From Dehalococcoidia bacterium (GTDB taxonomy: Bacteria; Chloroflexota; Dehalococcoidia; Lucifugimonadales; JADFKI01): a DNA stretch of 64,000 nt. Under the pieces are notes generated by a model that had not been told where the DNA came from, did not search any database, and saw only the letters and a list, made by a program, of their open reading frames with translations. Below are positions 49,000-58,670 of this stretch, one piece after another; the stretch's first letter is position 1, and each line of letters starts with the position of its first letter. The translations under genes were made by a program, and so were the position numbers. The stretch is from contig CBDDBQ010000001.1 in the NCBI GenBank assembly GCA_965225795.1, forward strand, positions 9-64,008, written 5' to 3'.

Positions 49000-50613
49000 A
49001 TGGCCCAAGAGGATCAAGGGGACTACGAATGGCGATCTCTGCACGCCTCGACATGCCTGTTGATCGCCCTGCCGAGTGCCACAAAGGGGCTTATGATTCC
49101 GTTGGGGCTCGCCATTTCGAACCAACTTTCTTGGTTCTGGGCCATTGTCGTCGGGGTTCCAGCGACCATTCTGGGCATCCTCTTGATCGAGGTGCCAATC
49201 CGCTACAGCCAGTACAAACGATATCGCTATCAGGTGCGATCTGATGAAATTGTGATACGTCGCGGAGTATTTAATCGCCGCGAACGTCGCATTCCCTTTG
49301 ATCGGGTGCAAAACATGGATCTGGTGCAAACGCCCCTGCAGAGGATGCTCGGAGTGGGCACCCTGTACTTTGAGACGGCGGGAGGGCGGGAGGCGGAAGC
49401 GACGATGCGTGTGCTTGCCCTCGAAGAGGTTGACTCTATTCGAGAGAGGGTCTCGGAGAAGGGGAAGACTCTCAAGACTGATGAGCAGCCTCAAGGCGAG
49501 GCGAGTGAAGACGACGGCCTGCTGCTGCGGTTGTCACCCGCCGAACTGGTGAAGCTGGGCCTGGTGCGCAATCAGGTACTGCTGTTCTTCGGCGCGCTTG
49601 CGGCGTTGGCGGGGCAGGCCAACTTTATCGACTGGGGAGAACTGCTGCGAGCGAACGCCCTTGGGGATTGGGTGTTCTCTTCGCAATTGCAGGCGGCCCT
49701 CGAATCTGGCGCGGGTATCGATACCTTGCTCCGCTCGGCTGCCGGGTTGCTGCTTGCCTTCGCGGTGATGGTTGGCATCCTGATCTTGGTCTACGCCCTG
49801 TCCGTGGCCTTCACTTTCCTGCGCTACCAGGGATTTCGATTACGGATTGACTATGAGAAAGATCGTGGCCTACAGCGAACAGACGAGCAGGGACGCCTGC
49901 ATGCGCAGTTCGGACTCGCGATGAAAGTCAATCTAACCACGCCGCCCGCGCGTATACAGCGCCTGCGTATCAGAGATGGGCTGCGCCTACGCCTGCTGGA
50001 CCGGCGCATGATCCGCATGGAAACTGCCGGCGCCGAGAATCTCGCCGAACCCGGCGCTGTGAGCGGGGTGATCATCAGTGGGGTGCGGAATTGGCTAGCC
50101 CCCCTGATCCCCACTCAAGATGTCCCCCGGCTCATCGAGCATGCCATGCCCGAAGCTTGCCTCGAAGGCCAGGAATGGCAGGAAATCGCACCGCGTGCGC
50201 TGATGCGACGCTTGCGGTCGAGATTGTCGCTAGCGCTGATCGTCTGCGCAATATTGGCTATTGCGCTCACGCCTTGGCTATTGATACTCATCGCCTTCGC
50301 CGCTCCTTTGCTCTATCTCCAGGCGACCCGCTATGTTTCCTCGCGGTCCTATGAAGCCGGAAAGGATGTGCTGCAGTGGCGCAAGGGATGGTGGCGACGC
50401 GAACTCACCCTTCTGCCCTACAGCCGAATCCAAGCGGTGGAGCTGATGCAATCTCCCTTGGATCGACGATTCAGTATGGCGACACTGCATGTCGATGCGG
50501 CAGCAACCGGAATCGCCGCCGTGAAGATTCGCTACCTCGACATTTCCAAGGCCAATCAACTCGCCGAACGGCTGAATCAGGAGGCGGCGAATCGGCGTTT
50601 CGAATGGCGTTGA
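49000..50613 (+). CDS. Membrane protein with three bacterial PH domains (YdbT-like)
   Basis: The pattern Y.V..D.I.IRRG...RERRIPFDRVQNMDLVQTPLQRMLGV recurs three times, separated by TM pairs. Start at the ATG at 49000. Confidence 0.8.
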   Translation: MAQEDQGDYEWRSLHASTCLLIALPSATKGLMIPLGLAISNQLSWFWAIVVGVPATILGILLIEVPIRYSQYKRYRYQVRSDEIVIRRGVFNRRERRIPFDRVQNMDLVQTPLQRMLGVGTLYFETAGGREAEATMRVLALEEVDSIRERVSEKGKTLKTDEQPQGEASEDDGLLLRLSPAELVKLGLVRNQVLLFFGALAALAGQANFIDWGELLRANALGDWVFSSQLQAALESGAGIDTLLRSAAGLLLAFAVMVGILILVYALSVAFTFLRYQGFRLRIDYEKDRGLQRTDEQGRLHAQFGLAMKVNLTTPPARIQRLRIRDGLRLRLLDRRMIRMETAGAENLAEPGAVSGVIISGVRNWLAPLIPTQDVPRLIEHAMPEACLEGQEWQEIAPRALMRRLRSRLSLALIVCAILAIALTPWLLILIAFAAPLLYLQATRYVSSRSYEAGKDVLQWRKGWWRRELTLLPYSRIQAVELMQSPLDRRFSMATLHVDAAATGIAAVKIRYLDISKANQLAERLNQEAANRRFEWR

Positions 50614-50666
50614 GCACTATGATTTTTCAGGGCTGACCCGAATATCTCACGAGAGTCTTCCTGGTC

Positions 50667-50718
50667 CTCGCCCGTATCCGGCGAGGCATGTTCGGGCGAG
50701 GCATGGCCTCGCCCCTAC
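50667..50718. repeat. REP cluster
   Basis: CCTCGCCCGTATCCGGCGAGG hairpin followed by GGGCGAGGCATGGCCTCGCCCCTAC. Confidence 0.7.
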
Positions 50719-50779
50719 GATCTACTCACATGCCCGGATGTCGAGTTGGTGAGCGGCAGCGATGGATCTTGGATTCCGT

Positions 50780-51784
50780 TTAGTCCGTCTCCACCATCAT
50801 TTTGCCGATGTTCTCGCCTTGGAAGAGCCTGATCAGCGCGCGCGGGAGCTTGCGGGAGCCCTTGATGACCGTGGTGCGGCTGTGCAGCAGTCCCTGGTCA
50901 ACCCAGCCACGCATCTCTTGCACCGCCTCGGCATAGCGGTCCGCGTAGTCGTGCAACAGGAAGCCTTGTATGCGTGAGCGCTTGAAAAAGAGGTTGAAGT
51001 AGTTCTTCGGTCCAGCCAGTTCGCCGGTCGCGTTGTAGCGCGAGATGCCCCCACAGAGAACGACGCGGGAGTGGAGCTGCAGGCGGTCGAGGCAGAGGTC
51101 GAGAATTTCCCCGCCGACATTGTCGAACAAGATGTTCATGCCTCCGGGGCAGAACCGATCAAGCGCCTTGCCCACATCCTCGGTCTTGTAGTTGATGACG
51201 CCGTCAAAGCCGAGACCGCGCAGCCACGCGCACTTCTCATCCGTTCCCGCCATGCCGAAGACTGTGCAGCCCTTGATCTTTGCGATTTGGCCGGCCACGC
51301 TGCCGGTCGCGCCGGCAGCGCCACTCACCACTACGACATCGCCCGGCTTGGGCTGTCCAACATCCAACATTCCGAAATAGGCGGTGAGCCCTGTATTCCC
51401 GAGTACGCCGAGCGCGAGTTGAGGATCTTCGCGGTCGCCAAGCAGTCGAAACTGCGGAGTGTCTTCGCGGACCACCGCATAGTCCTGCATGCCATAGGTT
51501 CCCCAAGCCAGCGCGCCTTGCCCAAACTTGTCGCTCTTGGATTCAACGATCTGGGCCACGCCGCGCGCGCGCATCACATCGCCAAGCTGCAGCGGCGCCA
51601 CATAGTCGGCGCGGTTCTCCATCTGTCCACGCATGGAAGGATCGAGCGATATGTACTTGGTCTTTACCAAGGCCTCTCCTTCGGCGACGCTCGGCATGAG
51701 CCCCTCAGCGTATTCAAAATTCGATTCCTTGACCATGCCATGAGGGCGCGCAGCGAGCAGAAACTGACGATTGAAGGAATCCAT
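50780..51784 (-). CDS. NADP-dependent oxidoreductase, MDR superfamily (YncB/CurA / alkenal reductase-like)
   Basis: N-terminal FLLAARPHGMVKESNFEY, Rossmann motif VVVSGAAGATGSVAGQIAK, C-terminal GENIGKMMV. Confidence 0.88.
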   Translation of the reverse strand: MDSFNRQFLLAARPHGMVKESNFEYAEGLMPSVAEGEALVKTKYISLDPSMRGQMENRADYVAPLQLGDVMRARGVAQIVESKSDKFGQGALAWGTYGMQDYAVVREDTPQFRLLGDREDPQLALGVLGNTGLTAYFGMLDVGQPKPGDVVVVSGAAGATGSVAGQIAKIKGCTVFGMAGTDEKCAWLRGLGFDGVINYKTEDVGKALDRFCPGGMNILFDNVGGEILDLCLDRLQLHSRVVLCGGISRYNATGELAGPKNYFNLFFKRSRIQGFLLHDYADRYAEAVQEMRGWVDQGLLHSRTTVIKGSRKLPRALIRLFQGENIGKMMVETD

Positions 51785-51823
51785 CTATGAGAGTCCTATG
51801 AAATAAGGGCGAGTAAGAATCAA

Positions 51824-51855
51824 CAAACCCTGAGCCATCCCTGGCCCAGGGTTTG
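51824..51855 (-). terminator. Possible rho-independent terminator downstream of the SIS gene
   Basis: CAAACCCTG...CAGGGTTTG stem. On the minus strand it is followed by the T-rich TTGATTCTT. Confidence 0.35.
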
Positions 51856-51872
51856 TCTTCGAATGTATGAGA

Positions 51873-52049
51873 CTGGTGGTGCATCCAGCCGATAATTGCG
51901 CATCAGTGGCCGCGGGAAGTCTCCGTGCAAGGCGCGGCCCGCCGGGAAGGGCCTTCCTCCTTGCCAAGGGCTGCAACGCCGCACGGGGGCTTCCCGCGGC
52001 CACCCTTCGGGCTCGCTGATGCGCAACTATCAGCTGGATGCACCACTAG
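51873..52049. mobile_element. CTAG-bounded 177-bp palindromic MITE-like element abutting the SIS gene stop
   Basis: The 34-bp terminal inverted repeats have 3 mismatches: CTGGTGGTGCATCCAGCCGATAATTGCGCATCAG versus the reverse complement of 52016..52049. The interior shares TGCAAGGCGCG, CCTTGCCAAGG and CAACGCCGCA with the 22145..22414 element. Confidence 0.6.
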
Positions 52050-52660
52050 TTTGAGTTTCCCGAGTGCGGCATATTATCGGTACGCGCCGAACGCCCCAGG
52101 TAGCCGCCGTGGTGGCGCTTGCCGAAGTCTTCCCGAGTAACACCCTTCGCCTCCAAGAGGGCAAGCGCGATGGCATCACTTATGGCCAGCATCACCGCCA
52201 TTGAACTGCTCGGTGTGAGGCCGATGGGACAGGCTTCCTGAACCTCCCCCATATCTAACACGAGGTCGGAAAGATCTCTGAGCTGAGAATCCGGATGCGA
52301 GGTGACGCCGATGATGTGCGTGACGCCAAGGTGGCGCGAGAGTTCCAATACCTCAAGCACCTCGACAGATTTGCCGCTGGTGGAGAAGGCAATAATGACG
52401 TCATTCGGTTCGACGATGCCGAGATCGCCGTGAGCCGCCTCCCCGGCGTGAACGAATTCGGCGGGCGTGGCCGTGGAACACAAGGTGGCCGCGAATTTGC
52501 GCGCTATATGCCCCGCCTTGCCAATTCCCGTGGTCAAAACCTTGCCCTTGGCATGAAGCAGCATTTCCACGGCGGCAACAAAGTCATCCGTTACTTGGAT
52601 GGATCGAATGGCATCGGCCTCGGCGGCGATCACCGCCTGCATGCGCTCACGAATGTTCAC
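52046..52660 (-). CDS. SIS-domain sugar-phosphate isomerase-like protein (KpsF/GutQ-like SIS domain, no CBS pair)
   Basis: GIGKAGHIARKFAATLCSTATPAEFVHAGEAAHGDLG and SGKSVE motifs. The protein ends about 15 aa after GKRHHGGYLGR, and its stop codon lies inside the terminal CTAG of the MITE-like element. Confidence 0.8.
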   Translation of the reverse strand: MNIRERMQAVIAAEADAIRSIQVTDDFVAAVEMLLHAKGKVLTTGIGKAGHIARKFAATLCSTATPAEFVHAGEAAHGDLGIVEPNDVIIAFSTSGKSVEVLEVLELSRHLGVTHIIGVTSHPDSQLRDLSDLVLDMGEVQEACPIGLTPSSSMAVMLAISDAIALALLEAKGVTREDFGKRHHGGYLGRSARTDNMPHSGNSN

Positions 52661-52749
52661 TGGCTTTCTCTATTGGTTCAGGAGCCGCACATCTTGGCAT
52701 GTCCACCGCCAGAATTGAATTCATGTGCGGGGTCAGCATCGGGATTGTG

Positions 52750-52798
52750 GGCGACGCGGGGCGTCGCCGGATTCGGGCTCCGCATGCGGAGCCCCTAC
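52750..52798. repeat. REP cluster
   Basis: GGCGACGCGGGGCGTCGCC and GGGCTCCGCATGCGGAGCCCCTAC. Confidence 0.7.
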
Positions 52799-52894
52799 AT
52801 TGGCGGCTAAAGGCACCGCCCACCGCACATGAAGATGAGCGGCGGCACACCTCTGCGTGTAGGATGGCACGCTTCGATTAGGAGGATATTTCAC

Positions 52895-53767
52895 ATGAAG
52901 ATGGGACTGGCCTTCGCCAGCAGCGTCGCGATCGACGGCGATTCGACGCTGGAGATTTGTCTCCGGGCCTCGGGGGCTGGTTTTGAATCCCTGTGGGGTG
53001 GCGAACATGTGATTCTGCCCGACTCAATTTCCTCCAAGTATCCCTACAGCGCCGATGGCAAGATTCCCGCCGAACCGGACACGCCGATCCCGGACCCGCT
53101 GATCTGGCTGGCGTTTGCCGCCGCGGCTGCCCCGACGCTCAGGCTGGGAACCTGTATCTTGATCGTGCCTCAGCGCAATCCCCTCGTGCTCGCCAAGGAA
53201 CTCGCCACGCTGGACCAACTGTCGGGAGGCCGCGTGGAATTGGGACTCGGCATAGGTTGGCTGAAAGAGGAGTTCGATGCCCTTGGGGTCGCCTGGGAAC
53301 GTCGGGGAGCGCGAAATGACGAGTACATTGCCGCGATGCGCGCCTTGTGGGCGGCTCCTCACGCGGAGTTTCATGGCGAGTTCGTTGACTTTCCGCCCGT
53401 CACCTGCAGCCCGAGACCGGTAAACGGATCGATCCCGGTGCTCGTGGGCGGACACACGGATGCCGCGATCCAAAGGGCGGTTCGTATCGCCGATGGGTAT
53501 TTTCCCGGCGAAGGGAACAGCGAACGGCTTGGCAAGCTGATTGAACGCCTGCGGACAGCGGCCGAAGAGGCTGGTCGCGATCCGGACAGTATCGAGATCA
53601 ACGCAATGTTTGGTGCTCAGATAGCGGATCCCGAGGCCGGAGTAGAGCAAATGAAGGCATTGGGCGTCGGGCGGATCATGGTGCCCGCGTTTTTCTTCGC
53701 GGGACCCGGTGGCCTCGACCGTCTGAGTGAGTTTGGTGAGCGTGTACTGCCCTTGACACAGGACTAA
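52895..53767 (+). CDS. LLM-class (luciferase-like) flavin/F420-dependent oxidoreductase
   Basis: GFESLWGGEHV, RLGTCILIVPQRNPLVLAKELATLDQLSGGRVELGLGIGW and PVLVGG. The ATG at 52895 follows the SD GGAGGA. Confidence 0.85.
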   Translation: MKMGLAFASSVAIDGDSTLEICLRASGAGFESLWGGEHVILPDSISSKYPYSADGKIPAEPDTPIPDPLIWLAFAAAAAPTLRLGTCILIVPQRNPLVLAKELATLDQLSGGRVELGLGIGWLKEEFDALGVAWERRGARNDEYIAAMRALWAAPHAEFHGEFVDFPPVTCSPRPVNGSIPVLVGGHTDAAIQRAVRIADGYFPGEGNSERLGKLIERLRTAAEEAGRDPDSIEINAMFGAQIADPEAGVEQMKALGVGRIMVPAFFFAGPGGLDRLSEFGERVLPLTQD

Positions 53768-53805
53768 GATCCTGTTCGAGCGGCTTTCTCCGACCTGATT
53801 GATTT

Positions 53806-55737
53806 ATGGTGCAGAAGCCCTCTCTCAAGAACCGGATGATCGTGCCGTCCGCCGAGCTTGAGTTCTCGGGCGGTGCGCTTGAGCTTGGATCGGTGAACCT
53901 TTCCGGTGCGGTGGGGGGAAGGGCGGCCGCGGCCTGCGAGAAGCTGGTTGCGCTTCTTGATGGCAAGGGAGCCGTCGCCAGTCTCGAATTGAGCGTGCAG
54001 CGCCCCAGCACAACCTACCCCGCGCCGGACATGGACGAGTCCTATGCGCTTCGAATTTCCGGCAGCGGAATAAAGATCTCGGCGCCTCAAGAGTGGGGAG
54101 CGATTCGCGCTTTCTCGTTGCTCGCAACCCTCCTGGGTGAAGATTCGCAGCTGCCCTGCCTTGAGGCTCGCGATGCGCCGAGCCATGCATGGAGAGGGCT
54201 CATGCTCGACCCGGCGCGCCGCTTCCTGAGCTTTTCGGCGCTCAAGCGCACATTGCTCGGCATGTGGGCATGCCGCCTCAATGTACTGCACCTGCATCTC
54301 TCGGATGATCAGGGGTTGAGAGTGCCCTTGCTGGGTAGGACACCGGCGGGTGACTGCTACTCGCGCGAAGAGCTTCACGAATTGGTCGAGTTCGCGGCGG
54401 ACCTCGGCATACGCGTGGTTCCAGAAATCGACATTCCCGGACATGCGACCGCCCTCTTGGCCATCTTTCCTGATTGGGCGAAAGATACGCCCCCGAGCCA
54501 GGCCTCGAAGCGATTTGGCGTGCATTCGAATTTCGTGGACTGCGCCAATCCCAGGGTGTTGCGAGAATTTGATGAGCTGCTCGCGGAACTTGCCGAGCTG
54601 TTTCCAGATCCCTACCTGCACCTCGGGGGAGACGAGTGCGTAGGCTACGACAAGCCACCAGGACTCTCGGCGCTGCTCGCTGAAATGGTTTCGCGCCGGG
54701 GCAAGCGGCTCATTCTCTGGGACGAAGCGCTTGAAGAGGACCTCCCGGAAACTGTCGCGGTGCAGGTGTGGCGTCATCACACTCTCTTGGATGCGTCACG
54801 CCGGCATGGCCATGCCACGATCCTGTCCGCGCCCTACTATCTCGATCTCATGTACTCGGCCGAACTTCATCACCTGTTTGATCCTGGAGCGAGCCTCGAT
54901 GATCGCCAGGCAGCGCAGGCGCGCCTTATTTCCGATCCTTGGCTCGGCGATGCACGGGCACCACTCAAGTGGTATGAAGGTCAAACGAGCGGGCTCGCCT
55001 CTGCGCTTGAGAAAGAGCTGCCTCCCAAGAACAGCCAAGGAGCATTCCTCGGAGGAGAAGCCTGCCTGTGGGGAGAGTTGGTGGGCGAGGCTCAGCTTGA
55101 CACCCGCCTCTGGAGCCGCATGCCAGCCATCGCGAGTCGATTCTGGCTCGGGAAGGAATCGTCCTTGCCTGATCCTCAGCATGTGCGCAAGCACTTGAGG
55201 CGACTGGCTAACATTCGAGTGGGCCCCGAAGCTTGGCTGGAAAGCCTTGACTTGAACGCCAGCGAACGTGGGCATCTGGCTTGTCTGCTGAATTGCCTGG
55301 AGCCCATCAAGTGGTACTCGCGGTTGCTCGGGGGTGCCCTGTCCGAACGCATGGAGGAGGTTCAAGAGCAATCGCAGAGGCCCTATAGCGTGGACTCCGC
55401 GCTTGGTCGCGTGGTGGACTTTGTTGCGCCCGAGAGCTCTGAAGCGCAGCGGTTTGCCGCGGCTGAGGACAAGGGCGAGTTCGCGCAGGCGTGGCGCTCG
55501 CAATACGCTTGCCTTGTCACGGTCGCGGAGCGACATGAACTGTTTAGAGAAGTGATAGCTCTCTCAGCACGTCTTGCGGACCTTGCCGGTGTCTTGCGGG
55601 GAAGGCTGAGTCTCGAAGGGTTCTTTGAGAAGCACCCGCAGGCAGATGAACCAGTTGCTGAACTGACTCTTGCGGTACTGCCCTCGGTGCAAGAGTGGAA
55701 GAGAGGCGGCGCCGACAATGAATCTGAGAGTTCTTGA
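53806..55737 (+). CDS. Beta-N-acetylhexosaminidase, glycoside hydrolase family 20
   Basis: RGLMLDPARRF, LNVLHLHLSDDQG, VPEIDIPGHA and HLGGDEC are catalytic-domain motifs. Confidence 0.88.
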   Translation: MVQKPSLKNRMIVPSAELEFSGGALELGSVNLSGAVGGRAAAACEKLVALLDGKGAVASLELSVQRPSTTYPAPDMDESYALRISGSGIKISAPQEWGAIRAFSLLATLLGEDSQLPCLEARDAPSHAWRGLMLDPARRFLSFSALKRTLLGMWACRLNVLHLHLSDDQGLRVPLLGRTPAGDCYSREELHELVEFAADLGIRVVPEIDIPGHATALLAIFPDWAKDTPPSQASKRFGVHSNFVDCANPRVLREFDELLAELAELFPDPYLHLGGDECVGYDKPPGLSALLAEMVSRRGKRLILWDEALEEDLPETVAVQVWRHHTLLDASRRHGHATILSAPYYLDLMYSAELHHLFDPGASLDDRQAAQARLISDPWLGDARAPLKWYEGQTSGLASALEKELPPKNSQGAFLGGEACLWGELVGEAQLDTRLWSRMPAIASRFWLGKESSLPDPQHVRKHLRRLANIRVGPEAWLESLDLNASERGHLACLLNCLEPIKWYSRLLGGALSERMEEVQEQSQRPYSVDSALGRVVDFVAPESSEAQRFAAAEDKGEFAQAWRSQYACLVTVAERHELFREVIALSARLADLAGVLRGRLSLEGFFEKHPQADEPVAELTLAVLPSVQEWKRGGADNESESS

Positions 55738-55757
55738 GCAGTGATCATGGTGAAAAC

Positions 55758-57596
55758 ATGAATATGCGAAGCAGATTTTGCCTCTGCCTGTGGCTTGCCA
55801 CGGTCTTCGGATTCGGGCTTCCAGATGTCGCATCGGCTCAAGAGTCTTTGTCCGACGCGGTGCTCGAATCGATCATGCAGGACTATTGGGAAGCGCAGAT
55901 ACAGGCCTTCCCACTTGCAGCCTCGGAGTTTGGCGAACATCGCTACCGAGACCGCATCGATGATCTCAGCCCTGAAGCTCTGCATGCCAACAAGGCGCGG
56001 CTGGATGAGACCATCGAGCTACTCGCGGAGATAGCGCCGGAGGGGCTGAATGAAAGATCGCGCGAGAACTACGAGGCCTTTCACTGGATGCTCACCCACG
56101 AGCGGCGTAACTTGGACTTCAAGACTGGCTATTTCACCTTCAATACGCTTGGTGGCTGGCACACCGCCTTCCCCCGAGTCGTGCTGATCACCCCCTATTC
56201 GACTGAAAAGGACTACAGGGACCTGCTGAAGCGGTTGCAGGCTTTCGCGACCTATGCTCAGCAGAACATGGACCTCATGCGTCTCGGAATCGAAACCGGC
56301 TACACACAGCCTTGCGAATTGCTAACAAATTATCAGAAGACCATCACCGGGTACATTGCAAGTACGCTCGAAGAGAGTGTTTTCGTTCGGCCCTTCGACA
56401 CGATGCCGGATTCCATCCCACCGGCCGATCGAGAGCACCTGCGCTCCGAAGCATGGCGTCTGGTTCAAGAAGTCATTCACCCCGCCTATGAAGCCTTCGC
56501 GAGATTCTTTATCGACACCTATCGCCCGGCGTGTAGGGAAGCCGTCGCACTCTCCTCGCTGCCCGGCGGCCGCGAAGCCTACGACCATGCCTTGCGTTAC
56601 TACACCAGTCTGGACACGGACGCCCAAAGCGTCCATTCCCTAGGCCTCTCAGAAGTTTCCCGCATTCGCGGCGAAATGCAGCGGGTGATCGAGGAAGCGA
56701 AATTTGATGGAGGCATTGCGGACTTTCTCGCGTATCTTCGCTCGGAGCAGAAGTTCTACGCCAGCGATGAAGAGTCGTATCTGCATCGCGTGGCGTGGAT
56801 CACCAAGTCAATTGAAAGCCGTTTGCCGAGTTTCTTTTCAAGGCTGCCGAGCAATCCCTTCGGCATCAGCGTGGTACCGGAGCAAATAGCGCCCATCACC
56901 ACCACCGCCTACTATCAACCCGGCGCAGGTGACGGCACGCGGGCGGGCCAGTTCTTCGTCAACACCTATGATCTTCCGAGTCGACCGCTCTACGAGCTTC
57001 CTGCGCTGGCGTTGCACGAGAGCGTGCCGGGTCACCACACACAAATATCCTTTCAGAGCGAGAACACCAGCCTCCCGGACTGGCGACGCGTTTACTATTT
57101 TCACGCGTTCGGCGAGGGCTGGGGCCTCTACGCCGAATACCTCGGCGAGGAGATGGGCATCTACACAACTCCCCATGAGCGATTCGGTCGCCTCATATAC
57201 GAGATGTGGCGCGCGGCGCGCTTGGTGGTGGACACGGGGTTACACGCGAAGGGCTGGACGCGCGCGCAAGCGATCGATTACATGCTTGTCAATACTGGAC
57301 TGACGCAAACCAACGTGATTGCCGAGGTCGATCGATATATCAGCTACCCGGGACAGGCGACGGCCTACAAACACGGAGAGTTGAAGATTCTAGAACTGCG
57401 TGAACGTGCCGAGAGGGCTTTGGGCGAGGCCTTCGACCTACGGGACTTCCATGTTCAGGTGCTGACGGGAGGATCCTTGCCCCTTGGAGTGCTGGATTCG
57501 CGCATTCAGCGCTGGATCGATAATCAACTAGCGACGGCAACCCGAAGCGATCAAACCCCGTTGCTGGAGCTTAGGAACCCCACCGGGACCCCTTGA
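55758..57596 (+). CDS. DUF885 family protein (secreted, metallopeptidase-like HExxH-related motif)
   Basis: Signal peptide MNMRSRFCLCLWLATVFGFGLPDVASA. YWEAQIQAFPLAASEFG, LHESVPGHH and EVDRYISYPGQATAYK are typical of DUF885. Confidence 0.85.
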   Translation: MNMRSRFCLCLWLATVFGFGLPDVASAQESLSDAVLESIMQDYWEAQIQAFPLAASEFGEHRYRDRIDDLSPEALHANKARLDETIELLAEIAPEGLNERSRENYEAFHWMLTHERRNLDFKTGYFTFNTLGGWHTAFPRVVLITPYSTEKDYRDLLKRLQAFATYAQQNMDLMRLGIETGYTQPCELLTNYQKTITGYIASTLEESVFVRPFDTMPDSIPPADREHLRSEAWRLVQEVIHPAYEAFARFFIDTYRPACREAVALSSLPGGREAYDHALRYYTSLDTDAQSVHSLGLSEVSRIRGEMQRVIEEAKFDGGIADFLAYLRSEQKFYASDEESYLHRVAWITKSIESRLPSFFSRLPSNPFGISVVPEQIAPITTTAYYQPGAGDGTRAGQFFVNTYDLPSRPLYELPALALHESVPGHHTQISFQSENTSLPDWRRVYYFHAFGEGWGLYAEYLGEEMGIYTTPHERFGRLIYEMWRAARLVVDTGLHAKGWTRAQAIDYMLVNTGLTQTNVIAEVDRYISYPGQATAYKHGELKILELRERAERALGEAFDLRDFHVQVLTGGSLPLGVLDSRIQRWIDNQLATATRSDQTPLLELRNPTGTP

Positions 57597-57627
57597 GGGC
57601 AATCGACGGGACAACTCAGGAGCCGTG

Positions 57628-58656
57628 ATGGAACCAACAATCCCGCGTGAGGCATGGCTCAAGTTTCAAGGAAGTAGCGACCGCGACCTGGTCGAGAAGA
57701 TCTCCTTGGGGCACATTCACCACACCTACCTGGTGAGTTCCAACACCGAGCCAAGGGCCATATTGCAAAGATTGAACCGGGGCGTATTTCCCGATCCCGA
57801 GGCGCTCATCGCCAACGCAGAGGCGATTCAGCCACATCTCGAGTCCGCCATGGGTGGGCGCATCGCACCGCGCGTGCTCACGCACGCGAATCGCCCCTGC
57901 TTCGTCGACTCGCGGCAAGACTACTGGCGGGCGTTCCAATTCATAGTTGCCAGCCGCAACCTGGAATCCCCACGCTCGGAAACCCAGTGCTTCGCGGCGG
58001 GTGCCGCGTTCGGCAGCTTTCAACAGGCGCTCAAGGCAATGCGAGAAGCAGATCTCAAGCCTTGCATTGAAGGGTTCCAAGACCTGCGTTTTGTCAAGCA
58101 GAGATTTGCCCAGGCCTGCGCTCTAGACGTCGAGGATCGATTGTCAGGTTCCCGGGCCCTCGCCGAGAGACTCAAGTCGCTGGAACACAAGGCTCCTCCG
58201 CTTTCCGGGCCCATGGGCGTGATTCATGGCGACGGCAAGTTCAACAACCTTCTCTTCAATGAAGGTGAAGACGAGGTGATCGCGGTGCTTGATCTCGACA
58301 CGGTCATGTGGCACCGCAGGACGCTCGACTTTGGAGACTTGGCAAGAGCCGGATCCGTCAGGGGAGCCGAGGACGATGCCGAGGCGGAAATCGACCTGGG
58401 ACGTGTTCGGGCATTCGCGCAGGGGTTCAGGGGCGCTGCTGGAGATCTCATTCCCGACCTTGAGCCGCTTGTGCACGCACTGCTGCACGTGACCTACATG
58501 CTGGCGCTTCGCTTCCACACAGACCACTTGAATGGAGACACTTACTTTCAAGTGAGCGAAGCGCAAGACAACCTGCGCCGCGCGCACGGGCAATGTGCGC
58601 TCTTCGAGCAGTGTTTGCGACGCAAAGATGCGTTGCGCCGAGCCATCGCGGCCTAA
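57628..58656 (+). CDS. Aminoglycoside-phosphotransferase-fold kinase (possible amino-sugar kinase)
   Basis: Brenner motif VIHGDGKFNNLLF and metal-binding VLDLDT. N-terminal HIHHTYLV...ILQRLNRGVF. The substrate call is contextual only. Confidence 0.7.
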   Translation: MEPTIPREAWLKFQGSSDRDLVEKISLGHIHHTYLVSSNTEPRAILQRLNRGVFPDPEALIANAEAIQPHLESAMGGRIAPRVLTHANRPCFVDSRQDYWRAFQFIVASRNLESPRSETQCFAAGAAFGSFQQALKAMREADLKPCIEGFQDLRFVKQRFAQACALDVEDRLSGSRALAERLKSLEHKAPPLSGPMGVIHGDGKFNNLLFNEGEDEVIAVLDLDTVMWHRRTLDFGDLARAGSVRGAEDDAEAEIDLGRVRAFAQGFRGAAGDLIPDLEPLVHALLHVTYMLALRFHTDHLNGDTYFQVSEAQDNLRRAHGQCALFEQCLRRKDALRRAIAA

Positions 58657-58670
58657 GAGACCCTTAACGC

